Assembly (NCBI GenBank): GCA_963768425.1
Contig: CAVYHV010000019.1
Location: 1-41,216 of the forward strand
Source: Candidatus Bathyarchaeota archaeon
GTDB taxonomy: Archaea; Thermoproteota; Bathyarchaeia; Bathyarchaeales; Bathycorpusculaceae
Length of the DNA stretch: 41,216 nt
Direction of reading: 5' to 3'
Part shown: one piece after another, positions 39,288 through 41,216 of the stretch
How the letters are laid out: each line of letters starts with the position of its first letter
Position numbering within the stretch: position 1 is the stretch's first letter
Program-made: the position numbers and the translations under genes
Notes under the pieces: model-generated
The model's input: only the letters and a program-made list of their open reading frames with translations
Told to the model about the DNA's origin: nothing
The model's database searches: none

Positions 39288-39773
39288 TTACTTCTTGCTA
39301 CGGTTCTTCTCGCGGTCTTCTCTAAGCCTATCCTTCAGTTTCTCAGTGATGGCGTGGATCTGCACATCAATCTTAACCAGCTTGATCATCGTGAGAACAT
39401 CAGAATCCGTAAAGTCAAGGGTTCCTGCATCCATGGCGTCTGAAAGCTTACCGATAACTTCATCAGCCTCAGCGAAAGTGACCAAGTTAAGTCCAAGGTC
39501 TCTCAGCAAGGTATTGAGTTCTTCGTAGGTGCCGTATTCCCTGAGCGTCCTGCGGAGTGCAGCTGCCCGGCTTTTGAGCGTTTCATGCTGATTCGATAGG
39601 TCAGCTTCTAATGATGCAGGGTCTGGGTTGGTTCCCTGCATCTCAGCAATACATTTGTCGACAAGCTGCTCAACGTGCGGGCTTGCTTTTTTCCCCAGCT
39701 TCTCTTTGGAGAGGGTCTGGAAGAGCTTCCACTTCTGGGGGTCAATCGTTATCGTGACGGGTATCTTGGGCAT
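39288..39773 (-). CDS. RHH-type DNA-binding protein with coiled coil
   Basis: MPKIPVTITIDPQKWKLF..KKASPHVEQLV; first gene of the operon. Confidence 0.65.
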   Translation of the reverse strand: MPKIPVTITIDPQKWKLFQTLSKEKLGKKASPHVEQLVDKCIAEMQGTNPDPASLEADLSNQHETLKSRAAALRRTLREYGTYEELNTLLRDLGLNLVTFAEADEVIGKLSDAMDAGTLDFTDSDVLTMIKLVKIDVQIHAITEKLKDRLREDREKNRSKK

Positions 39774-40356
39774 TGTTCTCAAAAGATAAATATAGAAATT
39801 GTTAGCATGCTAGCTGCATAGCAAACTAACATATTCAACTATACTACCCGCCCAAAAAGCCACTTTTCGCGCATGCGACTAAATATTTTCTGGCTACCCC
39901 CCTCAAAAAAGCATGGTAAAAACGTTCGCTTAACTATTTATTAAACGAACAGACTGAAAATAAGTATATGTATTTCCAAAATTTTTTTTGAAGAAAAAAA
40001 CCGCTATTAAGAGAGTTGGGCATGGGAAAAGTCCATGCTTTCAAAGTGCAGTTGTTTTTCTTCTGAGGAAGCAAAATGAGCTACGTGAATCATCGCCGAA
40101 ATCACCAACCAAAATCGCTGAGGAAAAACGTCAGAGGTTTCCGCGTCGGCGGCCAAGGCACATATCCTGCAAACCTGGTTGTTCCCTTCGAAGGCTTGGT
40201 GAGGTCTGTTAACCATCGGCGCTTTTATGTTGTATTTTCTTTTTTCGGGGGAGGCAACCGATCTGATGTCATGTGTTCTGCTAACAGTTGGTTCAGCTTG
40301 TCCAGCCAATTTTGGCGATCCTTCAAATGCATTAACCAATATCGAAGTTTATTGAT

Positions 40357-41084
40357 TCAATTTGCGCTAGTTGACGGGTTGTCTTCGCCGAGGGCAGAGA
40401 CCCTTCTGTAGAAGATGTCGCCGCTCGGATCGGGGCGGCGGACCAGCAATCCCTGGGAAGACAGGCGGTCGCAGGTTGCTTGGACTTCGTCAGGGTCCAA
40501 TTCGACCTTGAAGGTCTCCTCGATACTCCCTTCGATGGTGAGGACTCCCTTCTCCTGCAGGTCTGCCAAGGCGCGCATGATCTTGCCTTCGAGTGTGTCG
40601 ATGGGAGGAACGGGAGGGAGCGCCACCAGCTTCTGTTTCCCAGATTTCAGGTTCTCCACGATCTGCGCCCAGTCGTTCAGGTTCTTCTTGCGCCCTGTGA
40701 GTGCCTCCGTGAACACGTAGTTACGCTTGCTTCCATGGTCGTTCCACTCCACTTCAAGGCTCGGCCTGCCTTTAAGCCCTCCTTTGTGCCCCTTGACCGT
40801 GATGATGTCTCCCAACGAGATAAACAGGTTTGGAGGATCCTTCGAAACCTCCTCGAGGTCCTCCACTTCAGAATAGAGAAGCTTAAGCCCCATGAATGGG
40901 CCCAGTACCACATCCTCCCTTATCTCATGGGTGCAAACGAAGATCAATCGTTTGTTGGTCAGAACGAGAGTGCCTTCTTTTTCCCCGATGCCGAATCCGC
41001 TTCGAGCTCCTTCCTCCCGCCTGCCATCCTCATTATGGCTCCCTGCTCCTGTGCGAGGATGGTCTCAAAAGATTCGTTACTCAA
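40357..41084 (-). CDS. Hypothetical protein (PH/GRAM-like N-terminus, wHTH-like C-terminus), frameshift at about 40980
   Basis: ETILAQEQGA..EGTLVLTNKRLIFVC joins the 196-aa ORF. Confidence 0.65.
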
Positions 41085-41216
41085 CGACAGCAACTCCGAA
41101 ACCCCAAATAATTTGGGCGGGCTATTTAAATATTTTAACCTAAAGGTGCTGTGTCGGATGACTGGGCTTTGTTGCTATTTTCTCTGCTGCTTTCCAGTTT
41201 AAGGGTTAATTCAGGT

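Larger units (their letters stand above)
12240..39800 (-). mobile_element. GC-rich integrated element (provirus/IME-like), interrupted by AT-rich inserts at about 18.5-19.6 kb and 20.65-33.65 kb
   Basis: Compositional contrast, co-oriented coupled genes, shared intergenic motif and shared N-terminal leaders on both sides of the island; att sites not identified. Confidence 0.6.

Noticed and set aside
39988-40411. Short ORFs between the RHH gene and the last gene
   Set aside because: Overlapping in several frames with no motifs; no att site or tRNA was identified there.

Overview
Archaeal DNA, most consistent with Bathyarchaeia. This is inferred from the PCNA, TATA/BRE promoters, PEF-CTERM surface proteins and wHTH-2TM regulators. 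From left to right: (1) pcn, then a PerR/Fur gene divergent from a GC-rich monofunctional catalase that sits on a leftover katG C-terminus. (2) An IS1182-family element inside a long palindrome, next to a related 130-bp MITE. (3) An AT-rich decayed element (about 7.6-11.9 kb) with small genes sharing a promoter module and a frameshifted tyrosine recombinase. (4) A visibly GC-richer, almost entirely minus-strand integrated element (about 12.2-20.65 kb plus 33.65-39.8 kb). Its membrane module includes a 658-aa candidate fusexin (Fsx1/HAP2-like class II fusogen). Its cytoplasmic module (MoxR/CobS-type AAA+, split CobT-like peptidase and vWA, clamp-like protein, SWIM protein) consists of unrelated proteins that share an N-terminal M-[SA]-Y-x-[RK]-x3-K-x-Y leader. 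(5) A 13-kb AT-rich island that splits this element and carries surface-protein genes with paired TTAGTCAA-N6-TTGACTAA palindromes at the gene junctions. Many single-base frameshifts, mostly in homopolymers, suggest assembly indels. All family calls come from motif recognition by eye, not database searches.
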